Part shown: piece by piece, positions 14,987-26,628 of the stretch
How the letters are laid out: every line of letters begins with the position of its first letter
How positions within the stretch are numbered: position 1 is the first letter of the stretch
The notes under the pieces: generated by a model
What the model was told of the DNA's origin: nothing
What the model saw: the letters and a program-made list of their open reading frames with translations, nothing else
Databases searched by the model: none
Source of the DNA: Methanothermobacter thermautotrophicus str. Delta H
Lineage (GTDB): Archaea; Methanobacteriota; Methanobacteria; Methanobacteriales; Methanothermobacteraceae
Assembly: GCF_000008645.1 (NCBI RefSeq)
Contig: NC_000916.1
Location: 1,170,001 to 1,202,000, forward strand
Reading direction: 5' to 3'
DNA length: 32,000 nt
Position numbers and translations under genes: made by a program

Positions 14987-15682
14987 CTATGAATACCTTA
15001 TCCTCCGACCCTTCTTTGCATTTATGAAGACGTTTGCATTCAGTGATGGGAGCGTGACTATGTCCTGCGGCCGGAATGGACCGTATACCTTTTCATCCAC
15101 ACCCATTATTCTGGCAGGTACCTCCTCAAATATCAGCACCGTTTCAATATCCTCCTCCCGCCCTTTAACCCCTTTATCGGTTTTTACGGATTTTGAGGGG
15201 TCAGCGAGAAGTTCAGGGCCATCCAGAACGTCCTTCCTGGGGGCATCATCTTTCGCCCCTGAATCCCTGGTACCGGATTCAACATCTATTGAGGGGATTA
15301 TCCTCGCCCTGAATTCCCTCAGGGTTTCTACCAGTGAAAAGTAGAGCTCCTCCTCCTCTGGTGTCATGTTGAGGGGGGTTGTATCCTGGAGGTCGAACTG
15401 TGGCCTGCCATTGAAGAGGTGGTATGACCTCTGGACGTTCATGACGGCACTATCAGTTATCTTGTGCTCCCTTCTCTCGCAGATCTCCGTGGCTATCCTC
15501 TGGGTGTCCCTTATGAGGTAGTGTTCCTTGGCGAAGGGGTCATTGCCAACGGCGTCAAGGAGGTCCTCTATGTAACTGTGAACCCTCTCATAGAAGTCAT
15601 CCCCCACCCTTGCAAGGCCGCTTTCAGATCTCTCCTTTTTCTGAATCCTCCTCAGTTTCTGAAAGAATTCGTCCAACCCCAT
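14987..15682 (-). CDS. GINS complex protein (Sld5/Gins51-like)
   Basis: FFQKLRRIQKKERSESGLARVGDDFYERVHSYIEDL..., acidic linker and C-terminal VPARIMGVDEKVYGPFRPQDIVTLPSLNANVFINAKKGRRI; adjacent to PCNA. Confidence 0.85.
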   Translation of the reverse strand: MGLDEFFQKLRRIQKKERSESGLARVGDDFYERVHSYIEDLLDAVGNDPFAKEHYLIRDTQRIATEICERREHKITDSAVMNVQRSYHLFNGRPQFDLQDTTPLNMTPEEEELYFSLVETLREFRARIIPSIDVESGTRDSGAKDDAPRKDVLDGPELLADPSKSVKTDKGVKGREEDIETVLIFEEVPARIMGVDEKVYGPFRPQDIVTLPSLNANVFINAKKGRRIRYS

Positions 15683-15696
15683 TCCTCACCTTTAAG

Positions 15697-16431
15697 TTAT
15701 TCCTCTGCCTCTATTCTTGGAGCAAGGAGGAAGCTGAGTTCACCCTCTTTGCTTGCCATCTTCAGGGTCAGTTTGAGGGGCATGTCATCTCCCAGGTTGA
15801 TTATTGCTGTCTCACTGAACTTGTCTGCCTTGAGCATCTCCTTGATCTTATCAAGGGAGTATATGCTCCTTGCAGGTTTATCTATCCTTTCGCCGTGGAG
15901 GTATTCAATCTGGGCGTCTCCAAATTCTCCCTCAGCTGAGGCTATGAAACGGTCCTCATCTACACGGAAGGTTATCTTATCTGAGAATATGTCTATGTCA
16001 GCTATTGAGTCCTTGAGGAGCTGGAATGGCACCTCGAACTCATTCTCATACTCAATTTCAGGAGGACTTGGGGTTTCATATTCGATGTCGATAAGCCTTA
16101 TCTTGAATGTCCTTACTGCTTCCCCTTCAAACTGGATTATCAGGTTTCCCTCGTCGGTTGAGAGTATGACCCTGTCATTTGCCTTTGCCCTCTTGAGGAC
16201 CTTCATGAGTTCCTCTGTGTCCACGTTGATCCTCTCTGGTTCATCACAGACGTACTCATCGAAAAGCTCGGCCTTCAGTTCGAGGTGCACGTATGTGATG
16301 TGGGACCTGTCAAGGGCGTCCAGGCGCAGGCCTTCGGCGCTAAGCTGTATCTGAACCTCGTCAACGATGGATGATATGGCATCGAAGCTCGTCCTTAAAA
16401 TGTTAGGGTCATTCAATTCTGCCTTGAACAT
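15697..16431 (-). CDS. pcn: DNA polymerase sliding clamp (PCNA)
   Basis: [52 protein letters not shown]...; [13 protein letters not shown]-terminus. Confidence 0.96.
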   Translation of the reverse strand: MFKAELNDPNILRTSFDAISSIVDEVQIQLSAEGLRLDALDRSHITYVHLELKAELFDEYVCDEPERINVDTEELMKVLKRAKANDRVILSTDEGNLIIQFEGEAVRTFKIRLIDIEYETPSPPEIEYENEFEVPFQLLKDSIADIDIFSDKITFRVDEDRFIASAEGEFGDAQIEYLHGERIDKPARSIYSLDKIKEMLKADKFSETAIINLGDDMPLKLTLKMASKEGELSFLLAPRIEAEE

Positions 16432-16482
16432 TTTCGTCCTCCTTATCCTATATAGCTAGATATTGGGGTCATGATTTATATA

Positions 16483-16890
16483 CTATTCCTCTTCTTCTTT
16501 CTCTTCCCCTCTTTCAGCCTTCTTCACCTGTTTATAGAACCCCTCAAGGGGTGTGCCCCCTATGATGCTATGGACCATGAAGGCCCCCACCAGCAGGAGA
16601 CCCGTGAGGATGAGGAATGCTGCGATGACCGTGTTCTCGCCTGAGACCACATTGTCAACAACACGGTCAGATGACCCCATTATGGTGACGATACCTGTCA
16701 GCAAAAGCATGACACCAAGTACCATTGCACTGTACCTCAGTATATCGTCACGGTGTTCCATTATGAGGGTCACCGGAAAGCCGTGCTCTGATTCATCCTC
16801 CTGTAACTCCTCCCATACCCGGGCAAGGAAACCCCTGAGCCTTTCTGAATACCTGCCTTTCTTACCATCATCGGGGCCTTCATCAGACAT
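16483..16890 (-). CDS. Small membrane protein of unknown function
   Basis: 135-aa ORF with two hydrophobic helices, charged termini; sits between pcn and TFS in the same orientation. Confidence 0.7.
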   Translation of the reverse strand: MSDEGPDDGKKGRYSERLRGFLARVWEELQEDESEHGFPVTLIMEHRDDILRYSAMVLGVMLLLTGIVTIMGSSDRVVDNVVSGENTVIAAFLILTGLLLVGAFMVHSIIGGTPLEGFYKQVKKAERGEEKEEEE

Positions 16891-16904
16891 CTGCTCACCA
16901 TTTT

Positions 16905-17219
16905 TCAGTCATATTCCCTCCAGGTGTGCTTGCAGCGGGTACATCTGAAGAACCGTGTCTCTGATTCATCAGCCCTCCTTGTCTGCTGCAGCCACCAGAA
17001 GGCCTCCATGTTACCACATTTCGGGCATTCAACCCTCGTTGTTGGGAGGGTATTTACATCATCACCTGTGAATATTATGGTCTCCTTTGCCTCAACTTCC
17101 TCTGAGACGCGGTACTTGTCTTTGAGCTTATCTGTGATATCCTTCTCATAGCCACACTGACACTTAAATTTTCCCTCGGATGGAAACATTACAGCTCCGC
17201 ACTTAGGACAAAACTCCAT
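16905..17219 (-). CDS. Transcription factor S (TFIIS-like)
   Basis: [25 protein letters not shown] ... [40 protein letters not shown]. The internal ATG at 17219 is the family-consistent start; the track extends to 17315. Confidence 0.95.
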   Translation of the reverse strand: MEFCPKCGAVMFPSEGKFKCQCGYEKDITDKLKDKYRVSEEVEAKETIIFTGDDVNTLPTTRVECPKCGNMEAFWWLQQTRRADESETRFFRCTRCKHTWREYD

Positions 17220-17367
17220 CTTCTTCCTCCTGGTCAGAGAAACTGAAACCTTTTTGATTTCTAAAGTTTTTCTACAAGGACATTTATAATAATTTTGATT
17301 GTGACTGAAGGTCATGATATGCTGCAGAATGATTTTTTAGTGGAACACGGGTGCATTCCTCATCAAT

Positions 17368-17775
17368 CTATTCCCGGTATCTGCTCCTGAAATCCTCCAG
17401 AATCTTCCGGTGGTCAAATGCGAGTTCAAGATCATCTATATCCTCGATGTGGAATATTCCAATGTCTGCAGCGTCTGAACCGGCCTCCGGTTCACCGGAC
17501 ACTACCCTCGCGGTGAAGCATACGCTCACGGTGTGCCCGCGGGGATCCCTCCGGGGGTCGGAGTAGACCCCGAGGAGGTCCTTGATTTCAACATCAAGGC
17601 CTGTCTCCTCGAGGGCCTCCCTCCTTGCTGCATCCTCAACAGTTTCACCGTATTCCACAAATCCTCCAGGTATGGCCCAGGAACCCCTGTAGGGTGATCT
17701 GCCCCTCCGTATGAGGATTATTCTATCCCCTGATAACCTTATGATAACGTCCACCGTGAGCATGGGTGTCTTCAA
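17368..17775 (-). CDS. NUDIX hydrolase
   Basis: Nudix box GGFVEYGETVEDAARREALEETGLDVEI. Confidence 0.92.
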   Translation of the reverse strand: MKTPMLTVDVIIRLSGDRIILIRRGRSPYRGSWAIPGGFVEYGETVEDAARREALEETGLDVEIKDLLGVYSDPRRDPRGHTVSVCFTARVVSGEPEAGSDAADIGIFHIEDIDDLELAFDHRKILEDFRSRYRE

Positions 17776-17803
17776 ACCAGACTCCTCCTGCAGGCATCTA
17801 TTT

Positions 17804-18418
17804 CTAGGCGCTGCCCCTGGACTCTCCTAACGTGACTCCTGAGGCAATTATGTGGGCCGCCCTCAGTGGTTCTGGAATTGAGCTGCGGGTCGTTGATATC
17901 CTGACAATCTCTGCGGCGTCATCAGGTTCAATGCCTGCAGTCTGGATGTAGAGGGGTTCCCTGGATTCAACCCTGTGGATTCTACCGGCCCTCTCTATGC
18001 TGCGCCACCTTGCCTTCCAGTCAGAAAATCTGTGCTTGAGCGCCCTCTTTATTCTTTCCATATCTGGATGTTTCCTTACAACCACTATAACGGGAAGGCC
18101 GGTCCTCTCTGATAATTCCACTATGTCCACAACATTGAAGCCCCCGAAGGTCAGCCCATCAAGCATTATGACCCTCAGCTGGTTGAGGTGCCTTGATCCA
18201 TTCACCATCTCGATGATCCGCTCTGTGGCATCGTCACCGTCCACCCTCACCGTGGTTGTGAGGACGCCGTCGAGCCACTGCCCGCCCCTGAATACGGTGC
18301 CGACCAGAAGCACATCCTCCTCACTTCTGGGGGTGAATGGAGCATCATCTATGCCAAGAATCCTTATCTCAGATTTTATCTGCCTGAAATTATGGTTCTC
18401 CATGGAAAAATAGTTCAC
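17804..18418 (-). CDS. DUF99 family protein
   Basis: [13 protein letters not shown]...[33 protein letters not shown]...[17 protein letters not shown]. Confidence 0.88.
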   Translation of the reverse strand: MNYFSMENHNFRQIKSEIRILGIDDAPFTPRSEEDVLLVGTVFRGGQWLDGVLTTTVRVDGDDATERIIEMVNGSRHLNQLRVIMLDGLTFGGFNVVDIVELSERTGLPVIVVVRKHPDMERIKRALKHRFSDWKARWRSIERAGRIHRVESREPLYIQTAGIEPDDAAEIVRISTTRSSIPEPLRAAHIIASGVTLGESRGSA

Positions 18419-18672
18419 AGGGACTCTATGAGGCGCCTGAATTCATCACATCTATCCCTCAGGGTTTCGGCTGCTGCCTTGAGTGATTTTTTCGGGCTTC
18501 CTGCCCTGATATATAGCTGTGGTTCCCCCACTATTGGGTGGTCTATCGAGTATGCTGCTGCCTTAACCTTTTCATCCTCCATGAGGATGCTTCTTAATAC
18601 ATTGCAGAGGGTGTGTGTTTCTCCCTCGAATACTATCTCCATCTCATTTCTCTTATCCAGAATGACTTCCAT
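18415..18672 (-). CDS. rpoL: RNA polymerase subunit L
   Basis: [46 protein letters not shown]. Confidence 0.92.
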   Translation of the reverse strand: MEVILDKRNEMEIVFEGETHTLCNVLRSILMEDEKVKAAAYSIDHPIVGEPQLYIRAGSPKKSLKAAAETLRDRCDEFRRLIESL

Positions 18673-18692
18673 TAGAATTACCCCTTAAGTGA

Positions 18693-19262
18693 TTAACCTT
18701 CATAATTCACTGATAGCTTCCTTTTTTCCCGGTTTTCACAGTTCGGGCACCTGACCTCGTCCCTGCCGTTCACTTCCATGAAGTGCCTGCAGCGGGTGCA
18801 CATTGCCTTGATAACCCCAAGGTCACGGCCTGATGTCTGTAGATCTATGCCATCGAGGCCCATGATCTTTGTGACCCTTGCCTCCACGATGTCCCCTATC
18901 CTGAAGGCGTCTGTTAGCTTTGAAAGGTAGCCCTTCCTTGCCTGTGAAACGTGGACTCCTCCAACGAAGTATGTTGCAAGGGCTCTCCTGTTGCCCTTGA
19001 TGCTGTGTATCCTCACAAGGGCCCGCTGACCCCTTACATCAATGACCTCTCCAATGACCCTTGAACCCCTTTTAAGTGTTGGTGGTGTGTTCAGCTTTGA
19101 TATTACCTTTATGCTCTTATTCCGGTCATCCCTTGAAACCTCTCCAACGACAAGGGATTTTATCTTACCATCCTCATCGTAGGTCCCCTCAGAGGGGAGG
19201 ACCTCTTCGCTTACAGCCAAAAAATCTCCGGGAAAAACCATATCCCCAGATTTAACTTTCAT
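18693..19262 (-). CDS. csl4: Exosome complex RNA-binding protein Csl4
   Basis: KSGDMVFPGDFLAVSEEVLPSEGTYDEDG..., S1 domain and C-terminal zinc ribbon CTRCRHFMEVNGRDEVRCPNCENREKRKLS. Confidence 0.93.
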   Translation of the reverse strand: MKVKSGDMVFPGDFLAVSEEVLPSEGTYDEDGKIKSLVVGEVSRDDRNKSIKVISKLNTPPTLKRGSRVIGEVIDVRGQRALVRIHSIKGNRRALATYFVGGVHVSQARKGYLSKLTDAFRIGDIVEARVTKIMGLDGIDLQTSGRDLGVIKAMCTRCRHFMEVNGRDEVRCPNCENREKRKLSVNYEG

Positions 19263-19493
19263 CCATTCACCTCTTCAAGGTAAAAACAATGCTTACCTTA
19301 CAGTGATCTATGGTTAGATCTGATTATATATATGCTTTTGCATGCGACGTTCACAGATCGATTACTCCATGCCTCCGAATCTTACTACAAAACCATACTG
19401 CACATCTGTCCACTGATTACCATGCCTCTGATTACCATGCATGAGAGCCAGCCGCACACTGGCCTATCTGTAGATACCACACCAGATAAAGGG

Positions 19494-20486
19494 TTATCCG
19501 TGTATTATCTCATCCAGTGTGTAGTCGTCCCAGCTTCTCTCTCCCAGAACTATCTCCAGTTCAGATGGGTTCAGGAGTGGTCTATCGTAGAGCTGTGAGT
19601 CATCTATGGCTATCCTGGGACACGCAGTTACCACGAAGGCCTCAAGTTCCCTGAAGGGGAGAAGTGCAGCCGGTGAGATGTTCTCAGCGAGGAGTATGAG
19701 GGCCTCCCTTCCAGCCTCCTCAAGTTTTTTCTTAACCATGAGGGCCAGCTCAAACCTCATCTGTCCAGCCTTTGATGAGACCACCACCCCCCACCTGCTG
19801 GCATCCGATGCCCTGCTTATCCTCGCAAATCTCACCCTCAGGACCCTGTCTGCGAATTCCTCAATGTCCCTCACCTCGCCATGATATGGGTCAGCCACCA
19901 CAACCTCGCGTCCGGTGAAGAGTTTTATGCCGAGGGGGTGGAAGTTCCCGCTTCCAAGGAAAAGGTAGGCATCTGCATCGGTGCCCCTGATGGCTGAGAA
20001 ATTGCATCCCAGGACCTGGCCCCTGGCTGTGTTAACACCCTCCCCTGTGACGACCTCAAAGCCCCTCTCCTCAAGGAGAGACCTTGCCTGGTCAAGGAGG
20101 TGGAGGTGCTGTGCTGTTGTTGCAATTCCAATCCTCCTGTGGCCGGAAAGTCTGTCAGCAGCCTCCCTGATGACTTCACCTACCTCAACTGAGGATGCGG
20201 CCTCTATGAATATCACAGGGACCTCATAGTCGAGGGGGAGTGGTGTGTGTCCATAGTGGACTATGAGGTCAACCATGTCCCTCATTTTTCTATCTGAAAC
20301 ATCACATGCCCCGAAGCATGGGTCTGCGGATATCACGGCAGTTGCGCCTGTTTCTGATTCTATCTGCTCTGCAAGTTCAACTGCCCTCATTTTAAGTCCC
20401 TCAGGGAACTGAAGGCCCACGACCCCTGCATTACGTTTCCTTATCTCCCCGATGACCCTTTCAGTTTCAAGCCTGTAGAGTGACAT
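19494..20486 (-). CDS. dph2: Diphthamide biosynthesis enzyme Dph2
   Basis: VGLQFPEGLKMRAVELAEQIE...ADPCFGACDV...YHGEVRDIEEF...TACPRIAIDDS. Confidence 0.93.
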   Translation of the reverse strand: MSLYRLETERVIGEIRKRNAGVVGLQFPEGLKMRAVELAEQIESETGATAVISADPCFGACDVSDRKMRDMVDLIVHYGHTPLPLDYEVPVIFIEAASSVEVGEVIREAADRLSGHRRIGIATTAQHLHLLDQARSLLEERGFEVVTGEGVNTARGQVLGCNFSAIRGTDADAYLFLGSGNFHPLGIKLFTGREVVVADPYHGEVRDIEEFADRVLRVRFARISRASDASRWGVVVSSKAGQMRFELALMVKKKLEEAGREALILLAENISPAALLPFRELEAFVVTACPRIAIDDSQLYDRPLLNPSELEIVLGERSWDDYTLDEIIHG

Positions 20487-21077
20487 TTAATCATGCGGCC
20501 CCCCGGCAGGGATATCCTCAACCTTAACTCTGCCATCGATAACATCAACCTTCACGAGGCTCTTCACAGTGAAACCTGTCCTTTCCCTCACGACCCTGGA
20601 TCCCTCACCCTTATCTATGACTGTTATAACATCCCTGACATCAACATCCATCTCCCTGAGGGCCTCCAGGACCGCCAGGAGGGTCCCCCCAGTGCTCACA
20701 ACGTCGTCAATGACAACGACCCTGTCTCCACTATCAACACCATTTATGTAGAGTTCCCCTTCACTGTATCCTGTCATCTGATGGACGGCAACCTCGCCGG
20801 GAAGGCCGTACCTTCTCTTCCTCACCACGACGAAGGGTATTCCAGTCTTCAGTGATAGAACCGTTGCATGGTGTATGCCCATGGCCTCTATGCAGATTAT
20901 CTTATCCGCTTCAGGTCTGAACCTCCTCACTATCTCCTCTGCAACCTCCTCCAGGAGTTCGGGTTCGGTGAGGGGTATGCCATCGGTTACAGGGTTTACA
21001 AAGTAGTCATACTCTCCCTTCTTAATCACAGGTGAATTTCTGAGGCTTTCCTTGAGTTTATCAAGCATTTCGATCAC
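20487..21077 (-). CDS. gfcR: PyrE-like phosphoribosyltransferase / transcriptional regulator GfcR
   Basis: PRTase motif [21 protein letters not shown] and N-terminal helical extension; abuts dph2. Confidence 0.82.
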   Translation of the reverse strand: MIEMLDKLKESLRNSPVIKKGEYDYFVNPVTDGIPLTEPELLEEVAEEIVRRFRPEADKIICIEAMGIHHATVLSLKTGIPFVVVRKRRYGLPGEVAVHQMTGYSEGELYINGVDSGDRVVVIDDVVSTGGTLLAVLEALREMDVDVRDVITVIDKGEGSRVVRERTGFTVKSLVKVDVIDGRVKVEDIPAGGPHD

Positions 21078-21261
21078 GCATCGGGATTGTTGAAAATTGA
21101 ATTCATTATCTAGATATGATTGAGGATCTTAATATAGGTCCTCAAAGGATCTGCCGCCCACCACCCTGTGACCTTTATATGGCACAGCCCATCCACCACT
21201 CTTAATTATATAAGGTGATCCCAACAATAGTTAATGATTATCCATCACTGCAGGTGAAACC

Positions 21262-22590
21262 ATGCTTGGGAATCTGGGCAGAAGTCTCAGTAAAACTATG
21301 AAAAAGCTGGCAGGGATGACAATTGTTGATGAGGAGGTCGTCAGGGAGGTCATAAAGGATATACAGAGGGCCCTGATCCAGTCCGATGTCAACATAAAAC
21401 TTGTATTCAACCTGTCAAAGTCAATTGAGGAACGGGCACTCAACGAGGAACCCCCTAAGGGGATAACGCCAAAGGAGCACATCATAAGCATAGTGTACGA
21501 TGAGATGGTCAAACTCCTGGGTGAGAAGAGCCATGAACTTGTCATAGATGATAAACCGTACCGCATACTCTTCCTTGGACTCCAGGGTAGCGGTAAAACA
21601 ACAACCATAGGTAAACTTGCAAGGTACCTCCGCAAGAAGGGTTTCACTGTTGGGGTGGTCTGTACAGACACCTGGCGCCCTGCGGCCCTTGAGCAGCTGA
21701 AACAGTATACCGAGGGACAGGACGTGAGCATATACGGCGACCCCCAGAACAGGGACGCCCTGGACCTTGCAGAGAAGGGACTTGCCCGGTTCCAGAAGAA
21801 GGACGTTATCATATTCGATACGGCCGGAAGACACAAGGAGGAGAAGGACCTCCTCAGGGAGATGGAGGAACTTTCAGCCATTGTGGAGCCCCATGAGGCC
21901 ATACTTGTAATCGACGGAACCATAGGCCAGCAGGCAAGGGAACAGGCCCTCGCATTCAGAAAAGCCACAGATATAGGTTCAATAATTGTGACCAAGCTCG
22001 ATGGTTCAGCCAAGGGTGGTGGGGCCCTCTCGGCCGTTGCAGAGATAGGTGCTCCCATAAAGTTCATAGGTACCGGTGAGAGGATAGATGACCTGGAGGT
22101 CTTCGATCCCGAAAGGTTCATATCACGTCTCCTGGGTATGGGGGACCTCAGAAGTCTCCTCGAGAAGGTTGAAGAGGTTTCAGAGGAGGAGATTGCAGAG
22201 GAATCCCTCGACGCAATACTCTCAGGTAAGTTCACCCTCAGGGATATGAGGGTGCAGTTTGAGATGATGGGTAAGATGGGGCCCCTCCAGCAGGTTATGA
22301 GTATGCTGCCCGGTGCCGGGAAACTCCCAAAGGACGCCAGCAGGATGACCGAGGAGACCATACGGAAGTACCTCATAATAATGGACTCCATGACAGAGGA
22401 GGAACTGGAAAAACCAGACATCATAAAGCACTCAAGAATACGCAGGATAGCCCGGGGTTCAGGGACACGCAATGAGGACGTTAAGGAGCTCCTGAAGTAC
22501 TACAGGGTCACCAAAAAGGCCATGAAGGGGCTTGGAAGGAGAAAAATGGGCGGACCCATGGGCCAGCTCATGAGGCAGTTCATGAGATAG
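21262..22590 (+). CDS. srp54: Signal recognition particle protein SRP54
   Basis: [52 protein letters not shown]-terminal M domain. Confidence 0.96.
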   Translation: MLGNLGRSLSKTMKKLAGMTIVDEEVVREVIKDIQRALIQSDVNIKLVFNLSKSIEERALNEEPPKGITPKEHIISIVYDEMVKLLGEKSHELVIDDKPYRILFLGLQGSGKTTTIGKLARYLRKKGFTVGVVCTDTWRPAALEQLKQYTEGQDVSIYGDPQNRDALDLAEKGLARFQKKDVIIFDTAGRHKEEKDLLREMEELSAIVEPHEAILVIDGTIGQQAREQALAFRKATDIGSIIVTKLDGSAKGGGALSAVAEIGAPIKFIGTGERIDDLEVFDPERFISRLLGMGDLRSLLEKVEEVSEEEIAEESLDAILSGKFTLRDMRVQFEMMGKMGPLQQVMSMLPGAGKLPKDASRMTEETIRKYLIIMDSMTEEELEKPDIIKHSRIRRIARGSGTRNEDVKELLKYYRVTKKAMKGLGRRKMGGPMGQLMRQFMR

Positions 22591-22621
22591 CATCCTGAAG
22601 GGCAGAGATCAGGGGATAACC

Positions 22622-23842
22622 ATGGATGTTCAGCAGAGACTGGGAGGACTGCTTGAAATCACAGAGTCCAGAATATGTCTGCACTGCCTTGGCAGGCACT
22701 TTGTTGATTTGGTTGAAGGGCCAGGGAACCGTCTGAGGGGTGAGAAGCTCCAGAAGAAATTCTCGCTGAAACTATCCGGGCCATGCATGATATGCGGTGA
22801 CGTCTTTGACAGGATTGATGAGGCCGCAGGGATGGTTAAGGAGAAGGTGGATGAACTTGGCCTTGAATACTCTTCGGTACTTGTGGGTACAAGGTTGCCC
22901 CCCAAAATGGTGGAACTTGATGATGAGATCAGAAAGCGCCTCGGAATCCAGACTGAGGGGCTTAAAAGGGATCTCAACCGTGAACTTGGTAAGAGGGTTG
23001 TCAAACTGCTGGGCTGCAGCGCAGAATTTGAGGACCCCGACCTCGTGGTGATGGTGGACTTCAGGGGGGACATCAGGGTCTGGATCCAGATAAACCCCCT
23101 CTTCCTTGAGGGGAGGTACCGCAAGCTGGTTAGGGGAATACCCCAGACCCGCTGGCCCTGCAGGAAGTGCAGGGGGAGGGGCTGTGAGAGGTGCAATTAC
23201 ACCGGTAAGATGTATCCCACGTCTGTGGAGGAGCTCATAGCCGGGCCCATCCTGGAGGCCAGCCAGGGACGTGATGCAAGGTTCCATGGCTCAGGCAGGG
23301 AGGATGTGGACGTCCGGATGCTCGGGACAGGGAGACCCTTTGTCCTGGAGATAAGGGAACCCCGGGTGAGGAACCTGGACCCTGAATCCCTTGAGGAGGA
23401 GGTGAACCGCAGGGCCCAGGGCATGGTTGAGGTTGAGGGCCTCAGATTCTCCACAAGGAAGAGGAAGGTTGAACTGAAGGACTCATCCCAGAGCAGGTAC
23501 AAGGTTTACCGGGCCCTGGTTGAACTGGATGGAGACGTTACTGATGAGGACCTTGAGAGACTCGGGTCACTTGACATCATAAAACAGCGGACCCCTGTGA
23601 GAGTTTCCCACCGCAGGGCTGACAGGGTCAGAGAGAGGAGAGTCCTGGAAATATCATGGAACTTGCTGGATGGTTGCCTTGAGTTGATAATAAAGGGTGA
23701 GGGCGGCCTCTACATAAAGGAGCTTATTTCAGGGGATTCGGGACGTACAGAACCAAGTGTGAGCAGTGTTCTGGGGGTCCCTGCAAGGTGCGTGGCCCTT
23801 GATGTCCTTGAGGTCGGTGATGAACCATCAGAAAAAGATTAA
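22622..23842 (+). CDS. pus10: tRNA pseudouridine synthase Pus10
   Basis: CLHCLGRHF, THUMP-like region, LGTGRPFVLEIREPR, IKQRTPVRVSHRRADRVRERRV, GEGGLYIKELISGDSGRTEPSVSSVLG. Confidence 0.93.
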   Translation: MDVQQRLGGLLEITESRICLHCLGRHFVDLVEGPGNRLRGEKLQKKFSLKLSGPCMICGDVFDRIDEAAGMVKEKVDELGLEYSSVLVGTRLPPKMVELDDEIRKRLGIQTEGLKRDLNRELGKRVVKLLGCSAEFEDPDLVVMVDFRGDIRVWIQINPLFLEGRYRKLVRGIPQTRWPCRKCRGRGCERCNYTGKMYPTSVEELIAGPILEASQGRDARFHGSGREDVDVRMLGTGRPFVLEIREPRVRNLDPESLEEEVNRRAQGMVEVEGLRFSTRKRKVELKDSSQSRYKVYRALVELDGDVTDEDLERLGSLDIIKQRTPVRVSHRRADRVRERRVLEISWNLLDGCLELIIKGEGGLYIKELISGDSGRTEPSVSSVLGVPARCVALDVLEVGDEPSEKD

Positions 23843-24013
23843 GCAGATGATCGAAAAAATAAAACACTGCGTCCCATGCAGAATAGCCATGATAAGGAAA
23901 AATATATATTAATGGAGATATTAAATAGAGAACTTATAAGTTTAGATATCTGATTCTTGTAAAGTTTTAGTGACTGTTACAAGCCATTGAAGGCTTTTTA
24001 TGGAGGTTAAAGA

Positions 24014-24304
24014 ATGAGAAGATCAAGAGGTTTCAGAAGTAAAACAAGACACAAGCTTCAGAAGGTTAAAAGGCCAGGCAGGTCCAACCCCATAACAAGG
24101 AAGATCCAGAGCTTCAATGAGGGTGACCTTGTACACATCATCATCGACCCTAGCATTCACAGGGGCCAGCCACACCCGCGTTTCCATGGTAAAACCGGTC
24201 GAGTTGTGGGGATGATGGGTAAATCCTATGTTGTTGCCCTGAAGGATGGTAACAAGGATAAACAGCTTGTTGTGAGGCCAGAGCACCTTCAGATGCAAGA
24301 GTGA
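24014..24304 (+). CDS. rpl21e: Ribosomal protein L21e
   Basis: [17 protein letters not shown]...[30 protein letters not shown]. Confidence 0.96.
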
Positions 24305-24651
24305 TTCCCATGATCGGGAAAAAGGTTCTGGAAAGTGAACCTGTTTCTATGGCAGAGGTTAAGGAAATCCTTGAAAAATTTGGGGAAGACCATGAACTCA
24401 CATACGAGCAGAACCTTGTCCTTGACCATGTAACCCGTTTTTCAAGGCTTGACCCTGAAAAGAGCAGGGAGCTGGTGGAGGAACTGATGGACATCCCCAA
24501 CATCAAAAGGAGGCATGCTGTTAAAATTGCAGATATAATGCCGGTGGACATATCCGACCTCCGTTTAATCTTTGCCAAGGAGAGGGTTCCCATAAAGGCT
24601 GATGACCTTCCAGGCATACTCGAGGTAATAGATAAATACCGGGTCGAATAA
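24301..24651 (+). CDS. rpoF: RNA polymerase subunit F (Rpb4-like)
   Basis: Family sequence and position immediately after rpl21e (4-nt overlap), before the DUF655 gene. Confidence 0.9.
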
Positions 24652-24691
24652 AAATAATATCTGACCTGAAAAAAGTAGAGTATGTGATTTC

Positions 24692-25273
24692 ATGGAAGAA
24701 TACGCTATCATACTGGATTACCTTCCACTTGGTTACATGAGCGAAGGGTTCGGTACATTCAAGAAGAGGCCTGTTGCCCAGGCACTGGGTAAGGATGAGT
24801 TCACCCTCCTGGAGTTAACACCAAGACCGGACGTGGACCTTGAAATCCACGAGGAGGTCTACATCGGTAAGGGTAAAAGGGACAAGATCGCCCGTATAAA
24901 CAGGAGGCTCCGTCACAATGAACTCACAGCCACCGCCAGGGTTGAGCTGCCCTACGTCGTTGAGGAGATAATAAAATCAAATGAGGACCGGTTTGTAAAG
25001 TTCTTCAACGAGGCTGGACCCATAAGTACCAGGCTTCACCAGCTTGAACTTCTTCCAGGAATCGGTAAAAAGCACATGTGGGATATCCTCAAGGCCCGTG
25101 AGGAGAAGCCCTTTGAAAGTTTCGAGGACATAAAGAACAGGGTCCCCATGTTATCAGACCCTGTTAAACTCATCGTCAGGAGGGTCCTCATGGAACTGGA
25201 TGTTGAGGGCGCCAAACGGGGAAAACGTAAGTACAACATATTCACAAGACCGCCCCAGAAGAGGAGGGGCTGA
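24692..25273 (+). CDS. DUF655 family protein
   Basis: YAIILDYLPLGY...ELTPRPDVDLEIHEEVYIGKGKRDKI... with HhH-like LLPGIGKKHMWDIL. Confidence 0.9.
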   Translation: MEEYAIILDYLPLGYMSEGFGTFKKRPVAQALGKDEFTLLELTPRPDVDLEIHEEVYIGKGKRDKIARINRRLRHNELTATARVELPYVVEEIIKSNEDRFVKFFNEAGPISTRLHQLELLPGIGKKHMWDILKAREEKPFESFEDIKNRVPMLSDPVKLIVRRVLMELDVEGAKRGKRKYNIFTRPPQKRRG

Positions 25274-25303
25274 TCCTTCAATTTAAATTTAGAATCTATT
25301 TTT

Positions 25304-26125
25304 ATGTCAGGGCTCTACACCGAGACAAGGGAGGTGCTGAGGAAGTATGGTGTGAGGCTTAGAAGGAGCCTCGGCCAGAACTACCTCATAGATGAGGTCA
25401 AAAGGCAGCGCATACTTGAATACGCTGACCTCAGGGAAGATGACAGGGTCCTTGAGATAGGACCGGGTATAGGGACCCTCACACTTCCAATGGCAGAACT
25501 TGCTGGTCATGTCACCGCAATTGAGAGTGATCCCCTCATTGCAGCTATCCTGATGGACAGGCTTCAGGTGGATAACGTTGATGTGATAGTCGGTGATGCC
25601 CTCAGGGTTGATTTTCCAGAATTCAACAAGGTCGTATCCAACCTGCCCTACCAGATCTCCTCCCCCATAACCTTCAGGCTTCTGGAGCATGACTTTGAAC
25701 TCGCTGTTCTCATGTACCAGAAGGAATTTGCAAGGAGAATGGTTGCAGAGCCGGGTACAAGGGAGTACTCAAGACTGTCGGTCATGGTGCACTTCCTTGC
25801 AGAGGTTGAAATAGTTGACTACCTCAAACCGGGCTGTTTCTTCCCCCGTCCCAGGGTTGAATCTGCGGTTGTAACCCTTAAACCTACGGGTTTCAGGGCC
25901 CCGGCATTCCTAGAGGATGTATGCCGTGCACTCTTCCAGCACAGGAAGAAGAAAACCTCAAAATCCCTCAGAGAATCATTCCATGAAATAAGGACTGATC
26001 TGAGCTTTAATGAAGTTCTGAGGGGTCTTCCACCAGAAATACTGGAGAAGAGGGTCTTTCAGCTGAGACCAGAGGATATACTTGAAATAGCAGAGCATAT
26101 AGAGGATCTCTCAGGTTCTTCCTGA
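25304..26125 (+). CDS. rsmA: 16S rRNA dimethyladenosine transferase
   Basis: LGQNYLIDE...VLEIGPGIGTLTLPMAE...VVSNLPYQISSPITFRLL. Confidence 0.95.
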   Translation: MSGLYTETREVLRKYGVRLRRSLGQNYLIDEVKRQRILEYADLREDDRVLEIGPGIGTLTLPMAELAGHVTAIESDPLIAAILMDRLQVDNVDVIVGDALRVDFPEFNKVVSNLPYQISSPITFRLLEHDFELAVLMYQKEFARRMVAEPGTREYSRLSVMVHFLAEVEIVDYLKPGCFFPRPRVESAVVTLKPTGFRAPAFLEDVCRALFQHRKKKTSKSLRESFHEIRTDLSFNEVLRGLPPEILEKRVFQLRPEDILEIAEHIEDLSGSS

Positions 26126-26190
26126 GCTGGGCCTTCATCAGCACATCCCTGAGAAAACTATAAGTATTATGTAAACTATTTTTTACATAG

Positions 26191-26628
26191 GTGATTGTTT
26201 TGATAATAGCAAGACCCCAGTGGTTCGGTAGAAGAAAGTACGGTGGCTGGGGAGTCTCAATAAAAACCTGGCAGGGCGCAGTATACCTTGCATGCGTATT
26301 CCTGCTGCTCGTCGGGATCCAGCTACTTCCCCTCAACACCACCACAAGGATGTATGTGACAGGTGCCTGGCTTGCATTCATGTTCCTGGACATGTTTGAT
26401 GTTATGTGGAAGGTGAAAAGGGATGAAAGGGAGTACCTCCATGAGGCCATAGCAGAAAGAAACGCCGCATGGGCCATGATGCCAGTGCTTGTAATTGGAG
26501 TGTTCATAGAACTCATCTCAAGTTCCCTGCAGGGAAAGCCCCACGTCGACCCCTTCATTTTACTTGCACTCCTTGCAGGTGTCCTTGCAAAATCCGTGAC
26601 AAACTACCGGCTGGAGAGGGAGAATTGA
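26191..26628 (+). CDS. Multi-TM membrane protein of unknown function
   Basis: 145-aa ORF with four predicted hydrophobic stretches. Confidence 0.72.
   Translation: MIVLIIARPQWFGRRKYGGWGVSIKTWQGAVYLACVFLLLVGIQLLPLNTTTRMYVTGAWLAFMFLDMFDVMWKVKRDEREYLHEAIAERNAAWAMMPVLVIGVFIELISSSLQGKPHVDPFILLALLAGVLAKSVTNYRLEREN

Noticed and set aside
15464-16354. 296-aa plus-strand ORF opposite pcn and the GINS gene
   Set aside because: Antisense shadow spanning two conserved genes; Ser/Leu-rich low-information protein.
19332-19598. 88-aa plus-strand ORF between csl4 and dph2, with short repeated GATTACCATGC units
   Set aside because: No recognisable domain, overlaps the dph2 3' end in antisense; repeats too short to interpret.
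21231-22472. 413-aa minus-strand ORF opposite SRP54
   Set aside because: Fully antisense to a strongly conserved gene; Ser/Leu-rich composition typical of shadow ORFs.
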